From Candidatus Zhuqueibacterota bacterium (GTDB taxonomy: Bacteria > Electryoneota > RPQS01): DNA of 64,000 bases. Under the pieces are notes generated by a model. The model had not been told where the DNA came from. It saw only the letters and a program-made list of their open reading frames with translations, and did not search any database. The position numbers and the translations under genes are program-made. Positions 21,501-29,285 of this stretch are shown piece after piece. The stretch covers positions 321 to 64,320 of the forward strand of contig RPQS01000023.1 in NCBI GenBank assembly GCA_003818605.1, read 5' to 3'. Each line of letters begins with the position of its first letter. The stretch's first letter is position 1.

Positions 21501-23608
21501 CAAGACCAACCGCCGGTTTCGGGAGTCGCAATCCAATTGCCGTTATCGCTTTCAAAATCGCTGTAGTATCCCGGATTTCCGACCAACAGCGCGACCGACA
21601 CGGGGCTGCCGAAATAGTTGTCGTTTCGCGGGCGAATCGTATAGGTCTGGAAGCTGATGGGAGCGTTTAAATGAGTGAACGTTTGCGTGCCCGCAATCAC
21701 GGATCCTAAAAACGTTCCGGTGCTGACGGAGCCGAGCCATACTTGCACGCTGTCAATTGCCAGCGGATTTCCTTGGGTATCAACGGTCGGATCCGTCCAG
21801 TTGATGACCACGTTCGGCTCAGAATATGACGCGGTGACGTTGGTGCATGCCGTTGGAATCCCACCCTGCTGGCTGGCGAGTCCCCAAATCGTGAAATCGT
21901 CGAAATAGAAACCGGGGTATGTGTTTGTGGTGGCGTTCGAAGCAAATTCGAAGCGGAAAATCGGTACTTGTCCGGCGTAGTCTCCAATTGGGATCACGCA
22001 AAATTGCCATGCATGCGGTGTTGTTCCGACCCAAGCCGGCTGCCCGGTCATGCACGATCCCGTTCCCAATGCCGCGAGATTGTATCCGCCTTGTGTAGGT
22101 GTGAGCACTGTCCAGGTCGCGCCGTTATCCACACTGATCTTAAAGTTGCATCCATCATAGGTGGCCTGCGAATAGAACCAGTGCCAGAATTCCACAGTCG
22201 CCGCTTCGCTGCTGATGACCATGCCTAAATTCAGATCCAACTGCCAGCACGCGTTGTTGGTGTAGTTGCCTGTCAGATACGTGCCCCAGACATTGGGAGT
22301 ACTGTGCGGAGTTAATCCTGTCACTCCCCAGGGAATTCCCCATCCCCAAGCATCGGTGGCTGGAGTGGCCGTCCACTGTCCGTTGTCCGTGTCGAAATTG
22401 TTGCTATAACCGGGTGTGCCGACTTGAATAGGAACTGTCACTGACGCCCCGTAATAGGGATCAATAAACGGGCGTATACTGTAAGTCAGGTTCCCGACCG
22501 GCGCATTGACATGAGTGTAAGATTGCGCTCCGGGGCCAACGGAACCGAGCAGCGTACCGGTGCCGGCTGAACCAAGCCAGATCTCCACGCTTTGAATTGT
22601 CACCGGATTCCCCTGCGTATCCAAGGTCGGATCTGTCCACGTGAGGATTACATCCGGATCAGAAAAAGCAGCAGCCAAATTCGTGCACGGCTGCGGAATT
22701 CCCGTAGCACGGGCAAATTCAATAGCCAGGCCGTCAAACGGTTGAAAACCCGTGGTGTTGCACACATAATTTAGAGCTGCAGATCCTGCGGTTCCATTGG
22801 ATTGGATACCGATGGTATGCGTGTTCGTACATGCGGTGGCCGGGCGGGTAACCGTATTATACTGAAGTTTGATGTTGCCGTTCTGATAAAGAATCGCTTC
22901 AAACTTCAGATAGATATTCGGGCAGCTTGTCGAGTACCAGCCGATGCCGTCGTATTGTATTACGAAATAGTCGCCGAAATTACGGTATCCGAGAATAACG
23001 GTATCGGTTCTTCCGCCGCGAACTTGATGCAAATCATCCCACAATACCGCGATCATCGGACCCGCTACAACTGAAGCGGGAAGACAAGCATTGCTTAGTG
23101 ATGTGGCGGTTGTCGTAAACTCCAGAAAACCGTTCGTGGCAACGCGTACGCAATCATATGTTGCACCGTAAAATGGAAAAGGAAAACCAATAGGCAGCTT
23201 CTGCCGCGAATAACCGTCATCAACGCTTGTGAAACCCGTTAAACCGCAGATCCATGTGGCTTCCGGATCGTCTCGTAATTCGACCCACTCGTAAGGGACA
23301 TTATCCGGCGGAACGTTGTCGCGGAAAACGTACTGAAATGCATCCGGCCCGCCCTGATTGTCCAATGACCCGCCGTGATCTCCATCATTTTCCAAACGGC
23401 CGTCCAGTTCTGCATACAGTTCCTTCTCAACATCGGTCAAATCAAGACCCAGTTCCAGTTTGTTCCGGAATGTTAGAAATTGTTCTTTTTCGGCCGGCGA
23501 AAACACGGAGGATAACAGCGGATCCGATGGAGATGCAAATGCGCCAACCGAATAGAGCATTAGCACAGTAATTCCGACTGCAAAAAGGCAATTGACAAAC
23601 CGTCTCAT
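18521..23608 (-). CDS. 1695-aa modular T9SS cargo protein (cell-surface or secreted; function unknown)
   Basis: Signal peptide. Four tandem roughly 280-aa modules, then a carboxypeptidase-regulatory-like domain. C-terminal YPNPFNAATSLSFDVP...GMYWVRM...KMLLIK is a T9SS CTD. Confidence 0.9.
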   Translation of the reverse strand: MRRFVNCLFAVGITVLMLYSVGAFASPSDPLLSSVFSPAEKEQFLTFRNKLELGLDLTDVEKELYAELDGRLENDGDHGGSLDNQGGPDAFQYVFRDNVPPDNVPYEWVELRDDPEATWICGLTGFTSVDDGYSRQKLPIGFPFPFYGATYDCVRVATNGFLEFTTTATSLSNACLPASVVAGPMIAVLWDDLHQVRGGRTDTVILGYRNFGDYFVIQYDGIGWYSTSCPNIYLKFEAILYQNGNIKLQYNTVTRPATACTNTHTIGIQSNGTAGSAALNYVCNTTGFQPFDGLAIEFARATGIPQPCTNLAAAFSDPDVILTWTDPTLDTQGNPVTIQSVEIWLGSAGTGTLLGSVGPGAQSYTHVNAPVGNLTYSIRPFIDPYYGASVTVPIQVGTPGYSNNFDTDNGQWTATPATDAWGWGIPWGVTGLTPHSTPNVWGTYLTGNYTNNACWQLDLNLGMVISSEAATVEFWHWFYSQATYDGCNFKISVDNGATWTVLTPTQGGYNLAALGTGSCMTGQPAWVGTTPHAWQFCVIPIGDYAGQVPIFRFEFASNATTNTYPGFYFDDFTIWGLASQQGGIPTACTNVTASYSEPNVVINWTDPTVDTQGNPLAIDSVQVWLGSVSTGTFLGSVIAGTQTFTHLNAPISFQTYTIRPRNDNYFGSPVSVALLVGNPGYYSDFESDNGNWIATPETGGWSWGTPTEADAPAPHSGVSLWGTGLFGDYANNACWQLDLNAGLAVTSGDAYIEFWHSYYSSSTYDGANFKASIDNGATWDILTPTEAAYNLASMGTGSCMTGQPAWAGTTPRTWQHCVVPIGEFLGQVPIFRFEFATNASTNTYPGFFFDDLIIWGAGQQAGIPLPCTNLVGLYTAPDLMLTWTDPTQDIHGNPVTIDSVEIWLGEAGTGSMIGRVVQGAQTFTHQNAPIGLNTYTIRPLNDGYYGAPTSIELPVGSPGYFNNFEAGIGGWEPQQEGGWACGTPSNANAPAPHSGTNCVGTGLFADYTASACWQLDLDSGLVVTSPTATVEFWFYYYSQATYDGCNFKASLDGGSTWTILTPTEGNYNLASVSTSTPCLSGQPAWAGTTPRIWQYCVIPIGEFMGQVPMFRFEFGSNSSTHYSGFFIDDLTIWGAEVVAGVPQPCTNLSGVYTPPNVVLTWTDPTLDTQGNPSPIDSVEIWLGAMTTGMRLGLVAAGMQTFTHVQAPVGLQTYVIRPYNAPYWGRPTRSATITVGNPSYVNDFEMDDGGWIPGATGGWSWGAPTNASAPAPHGGANMWGTGMSANYANSVDYKLDFIPNQIVQSPTATVEFWFRFDSELNYDGCNFKASVDAGQTWTVLTPSQNPYNVASMNTVNTFMGGQPAWSGHVQFEWQYTVIPIGQLMGQVPMFRFEFSTDPSVPNYMGFFFDDMIIWGLQSPSGVAGFVGSFGNNQPIVNARIWATGSADTVLTDSTGHYRLGLDPGTYAINFDHMHYCDSTVAGVVVSEGADTQRDIRLRAPVAQLSRTSMPLMAFQGVAVSDTFTIRNSNGQCPLNFSIVDTSEWLSIHPASGVVNPNQSATITVQTSALDSLGELVSNLVITYNAVGSPYTLRVDLSVVSSADDPLSLPTEFALHQNYPNPFNAATSLSFDVPKESFVELILFNIMGQEVARPVSRMMAPGRHRILYDARNLPSGMYWVRMNAGDFSKIGKMLLIK
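19361..22702 (-). repeat. four tandem approximately 840-nt (about 280-aa) intragenic repeat modules
   Basis: Modules start at about aa 303, 583, 861 and 1139. Each opens G(I/V)P.(P/A)CTN......P.....WTDPT and contains ACWQLDL, YDG(C/A)NFK, GQPAW and QVP(I/M)FRFEF. Confidence 0.8.
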
Positions 23609-24140
23609 TCTGGACTCCCGCGATTTTATGGCTGCGCTCGATTATAGGACGCCTATAAATCATACATTTTCTGCGATAAAATCAAGGCAAACTTACAAAA
23701 ATATAAAATTGTGCTATCCAGAAACTTGCAAGTTAAAGAGAATGATATAGATGGTGCCAACGGATGCTTAAACTGAAAAGGTACGACTTATTATTATTTC
23801 CATTTTCATATTTCTTTTAACTAAAGCCTATATATCTAATTGATTACATTTCCCGATCCCACCCCATACGGATATCGCCGTCCGATACAATCTGGAGCTT
23901 GAACTCCGAAGCAAAGAACCGTCTTTGACAAACGATCCTATTCCCTTGTTCCACTACTACCTTATTTGATTTTTTACGGAAACGCTGCCTCCGACTGAAG
24001 GCAGTGTGTCTAAAACCGGTTATGCTCATATTCCGGACACCCACAAGCCGGACACGATGGATCGGCCGTTTAAAAAAAATGCCGACGTATTACGCCGGCG
24101 CAATCCATTAGCTTGCCGACACATTGTTGACTTGGCGACT

Positions 24141-24178
24141 TTAAAAAGCTTAAGGCTACCCCGTGGGATAGCCTTAAG
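24141..24178 (-). terminator. rho-independent terminator 15 nt downstream of tRNA-like fragment copy 2
   Basis: CTTAAGGCTA-(10-nt loop)-TAGCCTTAAG, a perfect 10-bp stem. On the minus strand it is followed by CTTTTTAA. Confidence 0.7.
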
Positions 24179-24190
24179 AACTTGTATGAC

Positions 24191-24254
24191 TTGCGGAGAG
24201 ACGGGGATTCGAACCCCGGATACTGTTTCCAGTATGCACGCCTTCCAAGAGACG
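24191..24254 (-). pseudogene. tRNA-Ser-like 3' fragment, copy 2 (variable arm, perfect T-arm, acceptor 3' strand TCTCTCC-G); no 5' half
   Basis: Minus strand reads ...CGTCTCTTGGAAGGCGTGCATACTGGAAACAGTATCCGGGGTTCGAATCCCCGTCTCTCCGCA. The 6-bp variable-arm stem ATACTG/CAGTAT and the T-arm CGGGG-TTCGAAT-CCCCG are type-II (Ser-like) tRNA features. The expected GGAGAGA acceptor 5' strand is absent upstream, and the anticodon-like loop has only 6 nt. Confidence 0.6.
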
Positions 24255-24651
24255 GAAACCGTTGAAATTTCGCAGGCCGCGAGACAGCATTTTTGAAAAT
24301 ATCGGCGCGTTTGTCGTCGCGGGGCGTGCGAACTACAAACGACAGAACTATGAGCAGCAAATAAATTCAGCGGCGTCTGTTCTGGTCATCAGAAATTTGA
24401 GGACCGAAGATAGCGAGGATAGGTGCGTCAAACCAAGTGTAACTCGAAACCCCAAATCTGGTAGTTGGAACGGTTGATGTTCGGAATAAATGATGTTTAC
24501 CGCTGTGCCGAGCACAAAGCAGGCTCGTCGTTACTATAATGCACCTTCTGGCAGCAGATGTTAAATCTGGCTGACGACAGCTCATTTCGTTAGCAGACAT
24601 TAATGACCTGTTGAACTCCCCAGAATGATAGATACCTTCGCGGCTTGAATA

Positions 24652-24996
24652 TCAGGCAATTATGATCCAAAGAACCTCCCTCCATGTTCTCGCCTCGTCC
24701 CCAGTCGTAGTCTGAGGAGCTACAAGGCCGAGACTCGTTGTTTGTGCTGGTTTCTTACTTAGCATCGTCGATACAAGTGTCGGCCAGGTGAGTCCAACAT
24801 AAAAAGAGCCATATGTACTCCTTGCACCAAGCACGTTTGCAAGTACACCGGCCGTGCCTATAAATGCAATTGTGATACTCGAATAGAATACCCAGTTCGA
24901 GATTCTAATTCCTTTCGTTCTTGCCTTGTAAAGTCGAATCACTTCTGGTGCGATTGCACCGAGGGCTCCGAATAGAAAAATAATCCAGTCCCACAT
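24652..24996 (-). CDS. small 3-TM membrane protein; last gene of the HK operon
   Basis: 114 aa with three hydrophobic helices. Strong GGAGG lies 7 nt upstream, embedded in the end of the preceding gene. Confidence 0.7.
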   Translation of the reverse strand: MWDWIIFLFGALGAIAPEVIRLYKARTKGIRISNWVFYSSITIAFIGTAGVLANVLGARSTYGSFYVGLTWPTLVSTMLSKKPAQTTSLGLVAPQTTTGDEARTWREVLWIIIA

Positions 24997-25008
24997 TTGT
25001 CAACCTCC

Positions 25009-25674
25009 TTAGAATATTTGGAGATCTTTCGAGATATGTGACTTAAAGTGAAGGAGATTCCATTCTATAGTGAACCCATATCCCGGTCGTAGTGTTCGCC
25101 TTATCTTAATATTGTTGCATATCTTACCGCGCCAAACGTCATGCAAAAGGTGCCGATATCCAATTCTAACGCTTCTAGCGGCTTCTTGGCATGATACATT
25201 TTCGGATATCATGCGGTGCAAGCCTATTTGAGCAGATCTGAGAAGAGCAACTTGGAAGTCCCTATGTTTGACGTCATTGATGCCAAGCATGAAAACATCA
25301 TCATACCCGAAAAAGCCTCTGTCTTTGTATACCTCAATGAACTTTCTCCCAAGACTCTTTGCAGCATGGCATGCTATCGTATAGAGTACTGACTTGTTCG
25401 AAAGTACTTCCATGTCTATGACGCCGACTACTGACTCTGTTTTGAACATCAGACTACATCCACAGAGGCACCCATGGCCATAAAAAGCGAGAATGCCCGC
25501 CTCCTCCTTCAGATCACGCAACAGATCCAAGTGGTTATCGAGTGCTTGGCCATTAAGGTTAACAACGTGTGTTTCTACGCCCCGCGCATCTAGTGCCATC
25601 TGAATCTCGCTGACTACTTCTTCAAAGAGGGGATAGTTTACTATTTGACTGTCAAAAATAATAACTGCGTGCAT
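25009..25674 (-). CDS. minimal caspase-fold (CHAT/peptidase C14-like) protein
   Basis: The order beta-strand HAVIIFDS, then ILAFYGHG (candidate catalytic His), then VLYTIACHAAKS (candidate catalytic Cys about 35 aa later), then GFFGYDDVF...QEAARSV follows the CHAT/caspase-hemoglobinase layout. Motif-level only. Confidence 0.55.
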   Translation of the reverse strand: MHAVIIFDSQIVNYPLFEEVVSEIQMALDARGVETHVVNLNGQALDNHLDLLRDLKEEAGILAFYGHGCLCGCSLMFKTESVVGVIDMEVLSNKSVLYTIACHAAKSLGRKFIEVYKDRGFFGYDDVFMLGINDVKHRDFQVALLRSAQIGLHRMISENVSCQEAARSVRIGYRHLLHDVWRGKICNNIKIRRTLRPGYGFTIEWNLLHFKSHISKDLQIF

Positions 25675-25688
25675 TGTATCATATTCCT

Positions 25689-26291
25689 TTAGACTGATTC
25701 GTTTTGTTCATCTTCAGGATGTGACAATTCCAAAAACATTGCATAAAAGGTCAAACGGAACTGCTTGCCAATCTCAGATCCACTTTCAATCTCTCTGATC
25801 AAATCATCCGCTGTGTACTTGTTCTCACCTAACTCAATTATGGGATTATCTCCGTCATCTTTTACGCGTTTACTCCACTCCCTGAGTGCTCGGAGTAATG
25901 CATCGGTCTCAGCTCTCTCTCCTAATTTGCTATTAATAGTCTCCAACAGAACATGCATTTCCTCCGGCTTCTCTATAAAACCATCAGCACCCAAGTTGCA
26001 CGCGCGTTTTGCATACTGATAATGTCCGAACGCTGTCATCACAATGACAACAGCGCGCTCGTCTCCTCTCGCAGTTTCGCTTTTTCGAAATTGTTCAAGA
26101 AGATCAAGACCCTCTGAATCGCTCGGCAGTCGTATGTCAAGCAATACGACATCATAGGTCTTTTGCTCAAACGCTCTCACTGCCTCTTCCTTAGTACTGC
26201 AACCTATAACATCAAACTTCTCTTCAACAAAATAGTTCGTAATGGCTTTAAGAAGACCTAGCTCATCCTCAATGACAAGGAGACTTCTCAT
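25689..26291 (-). CDS. response regulator: receiver domain plus an approximately 75-aa C-terminal domain of unknown type
   Basis: LLVIEDE, DVVLLDIRLP (phospho-acceptor Asp), VIVMTAFG and GADGFIEKP. I prefer the ATG at 26291, which has GGAGG 7 nt upstream and lies 1 nt after the HK stop. The track start at 26384 would overlap the HK by 92 nt. Confidence 0.85.
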   Translation of the reverse strand: MRSLLVIEDELGLLKAITNYFVEEKFDVIGCSTKEEAVRAFEQKTYDVVLLDIRLPSDSEGLDLLEQFRKSETARGDERAVVIVMTAFGHYQYAKRACNLGADGFIEKPEEMHVLLETINSKLGERAETDALLRALREWSKRVKDDGDNPIIELGENKYTADDLIREIESGSEIGKQFRLTFYAMFLELSHPEDEQNESV

Positions 26292-26292
26292 T

Positions 26293-29115
26293 TCAAACCT
26301 CCGTATGAATCGGAATAACCAATTCAAACTCTGCTCCGTGTGGTACAACTGACAATGCCCGCACAGTACCTCCGATTGAAGCAACTGTGCGACGAACGAA
26401 AGCTAAGCCCATGCCTGAGTGTCCCGAGGCCAATGGGTGCAATGTGAAATTCTCAGCAAAAATCAGATCAAGATCGGGAATACTAGACGAAAATCCCACG
26501 CCATCGTCTACGAAATGTATTTCAGCATTTGTTTCTTTCATAAATACTTTTACTGTTATTTTACCATTCTTGTTCAAGTGATCCAAAGAATTTATAAAGA
26601 GATGATAGAACATATGAACGATTGCATTCTCTGAACCTCTAACTAATCCTCTAAAACCCTCCTCAACTTCTATCTGTACGTTGATCTCCTTCGCTTTGAG
26701 CTGCTCGTTAACAATTTCAATAGCTTGTTCCACGCACTGCAGAAGATTAACATTCGATTGTCCATCTGATATATCGTGAAGACTCCGAGTTGCCTCCACC
26801 GCAAGATCCTTTATTTGTTGTGTGTGCTTAAAGATGTCAGACAAAGCATCACGATACTTAGATTCGTCTTTCAGATATATTTCTTTATGGTCCTGCAGCG
26901 CACATGCATTAGTCATGATGACCGCAAGAGGAGTTCTTATCATGTGCATCATAAAGAGACCATATTCCGCAAGAACCGCCTGCCGTCTAGTGCTGGCAAT
27001 CTTCTGTTCCTCTTCAATTGATCGTATACTTCCGAATAGCGCCGTACGCCCGTGATAGGAGTTGATTGACCGCGATACTGATTCCCCTTGAAAGGTCGAC
27101 CCATCCTTCTTTTTGTAATACAGGATTGACTTCTCTTCTTGCTTATCATACTTTTGTCCTCTTACCTTCTTCTTCATTGTATCCAGCCAATGTTCGAAGT
27201 TCATTGTCTTTTCTGCCGAAACCAGCGATGTTGCCTCGATTTTCTGAAGTTCTTCCTCTGTAAAACCGAACAACTCTCTAAATGCATTGTTAGTAAAAGT
27301 AAATGTGAAGCGATCATGATCACTCTCCTGTATTATGTAAATTGGCGCCACGCACATGTTCCATAGATCTTCTGTTTTCGACATATCCCAGATCACACCC
27401 TCATAAGCGTATGGTTTTTGGTTGGGATGCTTCAGGCTATGTGAATACAGGTTAACCTTCTTGTCTATCCTCTGCGCATTTAGGTGTTGCGTAACAATCT
27501 CCAGCATCTCTCCTTTGCCAAGATCATCAAGCTGGAAATCGTCGTAGAATCGAAGAAACTTCTGAATCTTGTGTTTAACAACATCATTCGGCGTGCTGTA
27601 CCCCAGAATTCTAGCAAAGTTTGAGTTGCAAAACGTGATTACACCGAAGAGGTCTGTCCGAAAAAAACCCAGGTCAAACTGATCATACATAGGTGAAGTC
27701 GAAGTCATGGTGCCACGGATGCGCAATCCAAAAGACTCTCGGGTATATGTAGCATCAATGCGGGCGAAAAAAGGACGATCACTCTTAGCTTCGGATAATT
27801 CGAAATACCTCATACCTGCAATGAAATTCTCAACTCGTTGTGATGGCGATCGGCTCAAGATTTGTAAAAAAAGTTCATATTGTTGCTCGCTTGCCCAAAG
27901 GCTACTGAATAACAGCTTTCCCGTGACGTCGGTGCCTTTCAAATGAAATTGGCTAAGGAAGGACTTATTGCAATGCAAAATCTTCCCGTGGAGATCGGTT
28001 TCAAACACGGCAACTGGAATTTCGTCCATCAACAGTTCGTTCGTTTTCTTGGCGCTGTATACAATATGATAACTCAGCGGAAGCAACCAAAGAACAGCAA
28101 AGAGAATAGCAGCCGTCAAAGAAATCACTTCTTCAAGACAATTGTGTCGGTATCCATAGAGTTTTGACCATAGAACGATGATTAGAACCACGATGTTAAC
28201 AAGAAGGAAAAAAGATCCACTAAAATGTTTCCAGTTCCTGTTCAACCAGTTACTATTAATCATGTCTCGGATTCTGGTCCCCACACCGAATATCCTGTTC
28301 CTCTCGCTTGCTGGTTGAAAACGGAGGAGGAGCGCTAGAAAGAACACAAAAACCTGTCGTAACACAGTCCCAGATGGACATGCATCGAACCTTCCGCAGT
28401 TGAAGTCGTATGCGTGTTCAAAATGCCGCGACAACCATAAATCGTTTCTTTTATCCAACCACAGTTTCATTCGTGTCAAAATAGCGATCTTCTTTTCCAA
28501 AGATATGGAAATGTGGTACAGACCGACACCTCCTAGTATGTTTTCTTCATCTGCTGACAGTTCATGGACATTAGCTGTCTTCGTTGCATACGCGATTCCG
28601 AACGGACACGTGAATAGCGCTGACGATACTGTAATTGGTGATTCGCGTCGATCGCGCTCCAACATTTCGCGCATGACTAGATGTTGGTACTGTTCGTAGG
28701 GACGAAGTTTATGAAATACCGGTTTCAGAATGAGCTTCTCAACAAGGAACAACAAGAATATCGAAACTAAGAGAACCACGATTATAATTGCCAGTTTCTT
28801 TACAATCACTTTAATATCGGTAACGCGCGTCAAGCCTGGATTGGCTATTGTTACCAATTTGGAAACAGACCACCCGGCAGTAAGCATCCATAAAAAAACT
28901 GGATCGAGGAGTCTGTATGCAAAATCCAGCCGGTCTGTGTGCGCAACCTCCAACAACACGAGCCAGCTCTTGAACTGAGGGAATAGGATTAGAACCGCTA
29001 TAAGTACGATCGAGAATCCAGCCACAGAGAAGACGAACTTGGTGTCAAATTGCGTTCTCTCCATGATCGCCACGAAGTAATGTCGAAACCTACTATGTGT
29101 TTTAGGAGTACTCAT
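26293..29115 (-). CDS. membrane-bound sensor histidine kinase (polytopic N-terminal domain, PAS repeats, HisKA, HATPase_c)
   Basis: H-box MHMIRTPLAVI, N-box HLFINSLDH, G1 FVDDGVGF and G2 GHSGMGLAFVRR. About 330 aa of N-terminal TM region carry weak PAP2-like motifs (KPVFHKLRP, CPSGT, SKLYGYRHNCLE). Confidence 0.9.
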   Translation of the reverse strand: MSTPKTHSRFRHYFVAIMERTQFDTKFVFSVAGFSIVLIAVLILFPQFKSWLVLLEVAHTDRLDFAYRLLDPVFLWMLTAGWSVSKLVTIANPGLTRVTDIKVIVKKLAIIIVVLLVSIFLLFLVEKLILKPVFHKLRPYEQYQHLVMREMLERDRRESPITVSSALFTCPFGIAYATKTANVHELSADEENILGGVGLYHISISLEKKIAILTRMKLWLDKRNDLWLSRHFEHAYDFNCGRFDACPSGTVLRQVFVFFLALLLRFQPASERNRIFGVGTRIRDMINSNWLNRNWKHFSGSFFLLVNIVVLIIVLWSKLYGYRHNCLEEVISLTAAILFAVLWLLPLSYHIVYSAKKTNELLMDEIPVAVFETDLHGKILHCNKSFLSQFHLKGTDVTGKLLFSSLWASEQQYELFLQILSRSPSQRVENFIAGMRYFELSEAKSDRPFFARIDATYTRESFGLRIRGTMTSTSPMYDQFDLGFFRTDLFGVITFCNSNFARILGYSTPNDVVKHKIQKFLRFYDDFQLDDLGKGEMLEIVTQHLNAQRIDKKVNLYSHSLKHPNQKPYAYEGVIWDMSKTEDLWNMCVAPIYIIQESDHDRFTFTFTNNAFRELFGFTEEELQKIEATSLVSAEKTMNFEHWLDTMKKKVRGQKYDKQEEKSILYYKKKDGSTFQGESVSRSINSYHGRTALFGSIRSIEEEQKIASTRRQAVLAEYGLFMMHMIRTPLAVIMTNACALQDHKEIYLKDESKYRDALSDIFKHTQQIKDLAVEATRSLHDISDGQSNVNLLQCVEQAIEIVNEQLKAKEINVQIEVEEGFRGLVRGSENAIVHMFYHLFINSLDHLNKNGKITVKVFMKETNAEIHFVDDGVGFSSSIPDLDLIFAENFTLHPLASGHSGMGLAFVRRTVASIGGTVRALSVVPHGAEFELVIPIHTEV

Positions 29116-29270
29116 TTCTCAACCAGTGCGATTGAATAATCGGTTGTCCGGCTGTTGCGATGCCGTCGAATATCGGTGAGAGGCCTATCAGACAAAAGTC
29201 TATACAGTTAAATCAGTATTCATGGTATTTCGACTATACATAACGTTCAACACGCTATTTAAATTATTTA

Positions 29271-29285
29271 TTATCATAATGATAA
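29271..29285. promoter_or_regulatory. 7-1-7 perfect palindrome TTATCAT-A-ATGATAA in the AT-rich region upstream of the HK operon; candidate operator
   Basis: Read directly, 156-170 nt upstream of the HK start codon. TAACGTTC also occurs twice nearby (29241 and 29283). Confidence 0.3.

Noticed and set aside
24255-24651. An integrase or recombinase (intact or decayed) next to the tRNA fragment, or anywhere in 24-58 kb.
   Set aside because: No ORF shows tyrosine recombinase (R..HxxR..Y) or serine recombinase N-terminal motifs. ORFs at 24070-24360 and 24367-24600 have non-protein-like composition.
26292-26384. Extended N-termini in the ORF track for the response regulator (start 26384), the membrane protein (start 59560), the YbjN-like protein (start 60761), the MFS transporter (start 3146) and the 279-aa protein (start 52691).
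   Set aside because: Each extension either overlaps the upstream gene by about 90 nt or runs through or abuts a terminator hairpin. Internal starts with strong GGAGG/AAGGA sites at proper spacing give compact operon junctions.
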